A stretch of 64,000 bases of DNA from Bugula neritina (taxonomy: Eukaryota; Animalia; Bryozoa). Positions 62,013 through 64,000 of this stretch are shown in pieces; the first letter of the stretch is position 1; every line of letters begins with the position of its first letter. The notes below the pieces were generated by a model that was not told the origin of the DNA, did no database searches, and saw only the letters and a list, made by a program, of their open reading frames with translations. Location: the NCBI GenBank assembly GCA_964035545.1, contig OZ037767.1:18940259-19004258 (forward strand), written 5' to 3'. The translations under genes were made by a program, and so were the position numbers.

Positions 62013-63960
62013 TTAACTTTGCTCAAAAAACTCAACAGTATTAGGCAACAAGATATTATTTCCCCAATCTGGAAGACCAAAATATTTCAAATATCTGTTT
62101 GCTTCGTTCACATACTCCGGGTTCACACACGCTTTGGGGTTTTTTGCAACCTGTGCTTTGCTATAATGTGATCTTTCGTGGCTGTCTTCCTGCAATGCTG
62201 ACTCTACCAAGTAGAATTGATCATCTGGTATTTCAAGTTCGATACTGCTCAGCATGGTCTGAAAGAACTTACGTGGGCTAGACTGAAAATCTTCAAACCG
62301 AAAAGCTAATATTCGGAATTGTTGGTGAAATTCTTTTACTAAGAGTTTAAAGTGAAAGCAAGTTTCACACCAGTGATAAAGAAACGGTATGAGCTTTGAA
62401 CGCTTTTGCGTGTTCTCTTCATTGAAAATTTATTCAACATGACTTTTGACATAATTTATAAGCACCAGTGGCTTAACTTTAGGAAGCAGCCATGATAAAA
62501 AGCAGTTAGAATCAATAGCAAAAGTGAAGTCTTTCAATTATTGAGGGGGGTGATATGGACCGTCGACCATATCACTCAGCAAATTGAATTTTTCTATTTA
62601 TATACTTGTTTGGAGAAAAATAATACTATTTCTCAAGTATTTCAAAAAATGATGAATCATTAAACCCCTAAATATTGATTAGACAACATTATAGTTAGTT
62701 GCTGTAGAATAGGTGCTTGAAATATTCATACTCATGCAATATATTTTAGATGCAAAGATATTCTTTCAAAAATATTTGAAATGCTTGGAGTTAGGAGGCA
62801 CTAAAAGAAGCTGTTTCACTTATTTTAAATCTATTGTTTTATGTTACTTTTTAACATAGCAAAATGCATTTTCAACACAAAAAAGCTGACTTTATGTCAC
62901 GGAGTCTGTGGTGGGCCATATCAACCGAAGTTTCAAAAAATCTCCGGGTGATATGGTCCACCAATTTTCAATCATAGCTCAGTCAAGCATCTGTATAGGA
63001 GCTTCAAATTCTGTTTGTATGTCAGTAGAGATAGCACCCACATGTTGAAATACTAATTTTCAATCAACCAGTATCAGTCTGGGCTGTGGACTTAAGTGGC
63101 TCATATCACCCAGGTTTCCCTACTTGCAGCTTTAAAGATAGATGGCACTTGACTTCTAACCTGCCGGTATAAGAATATGTGAATGTAATGTGGAAACATT
63201 ACTGACAATAGCTTTAAATCGGTTTTTCATACTCATCCCTATACCTTTGACAGCCATTATTTTATTCTGTTTATTATCTGGTTCTAATAAAAGCCGAACA
63301 GCACTTTTGTATAAGGGGTGATATTCCTTACTGTCTTCCCAATTGTAATCAGGGTTTTTAAAGTATTTATATTTAAACGTCTGATCAAGAGAGAAAAAAC
63401 AAATTGGTTCAGAGATCATTGAAATGCCTGGTAAAACGTTGAACACTTGAGATGTTACGGTAGAGCCAGATCTACTTTGATGGTGCACCCAAATCACCTT
63501 CTTTTTTGAGTTACCAACAGTTTCTGCTAAGTGAATAAATGACTTAATTGGCATTATCAGCAGGAACGTGGCATAAGAATGCTGCGAGTCATAAAAGAAT
63601 GGGTGTTTTCTCGTGTCATACAGGTCTACGTCCAAGGAGGTGATGCAAAAATAGCTTTCTTGTCAGTTACCGTCATGAGAGAAACCTGACCTTGTAAAGC
63701 TATTTCCAGGTGTCGAACGCAATGTGCGTAGACAGGAAGTGGCGTCTGTAATGTATAATGAAAGTTGTTGGCTTGCTTCTTCCCCAAACTTTGAGAAATT
63801 GCGCAGAAATTTCGTAGTTATCTCCTCCTTTACATCTGAGCAAGTGATTTTGTACTCCATTAAGCCTCCAATACAACATTTGGATACTTTTCAGAATTAT
63901 ATAAATCATCAAATAGACGCCATATTGAAACATTATTAAGTATGATTTATAGGACGCCAT
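62013..63960 (-). pseudogene. Intronless P-loop sulfotransferase-like gene, disabled
   Basis: Collinear fragments: N-terminal hydrophobic segment, HHQSRSGST (5'-PSB-like), ISEP, HIFLYR (in a shifted frame), RFEDF and QEDSH. Interrupted by TAG at 63700-63702, frameshifts near 63690, 63650 and 63225, further in-frame stops and an insertion of ~0.5 kb. Confidence 0.75.
62466..62993. mobile_element. Non-coding insertion interrupting the sulfotransferase-like pseudogene
   Basis: Protein-like sequence stops and resumes on either side. Degenerate termini cagtggcttaact / agtcaagcatctg, with repeated ggtgatatgg/ccatatca motifs near both ends. No clear TSD. Confidence 0.5.
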
Positions 63961-64000
63961 CTTGGGCTTACTGTTGATAGCTTCACATTCAAACAGGATA

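Noticed and set aside
63700-63702. Stop-codon readthrough or programmed frameshifting in the sulfotransferase-like gene
   Set aside because: Multiple independent stops, frameshifts and an insertion are better explained by pseudogenisation.

Overview
AT-rich eukaryotic (invertebrate animal-like) genomic DNA with GT-AG spliceosomal introns; the species cannot be determined from the sequence. I reconstructed six intron-containing genes by hand: an FABP-family gene (+), ALDH4A1/P5C dehydrogenase (-), ATG12 (+), DCLRE1C/Artemis (-), USP47 (+) and a single-pass LRR membrane protein (+). An intronless, disabled sulfotransferase-like pseudogene (-) ends the window. Mobile DNA includes a 5.2 kb TTAA-flanked Kolobok-like element filling the ATG12 intron, a non-autonomous hAT element (8-bp TSD) with a nested foldback element, a TA-flanked MITE family, tRNA-derived SINEs and a LINE fragment. 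Most long ORFs in the track are artefacts of intronic tandem repeats. The most striking pattern: in at least eight introns of four genes, the splice junction itself has been tandemly amplified into an intron-specific minisatellite (2 to ~23 copies, 19-37 bp units), so real splice sites sit beside arrays of decoy copies. Other oddities are loopless perfect palindromes, (ACT)n tracts that always lie on the sense strand, and 6-bp-periodic AT-rich tracts flanking promoter-like islands.
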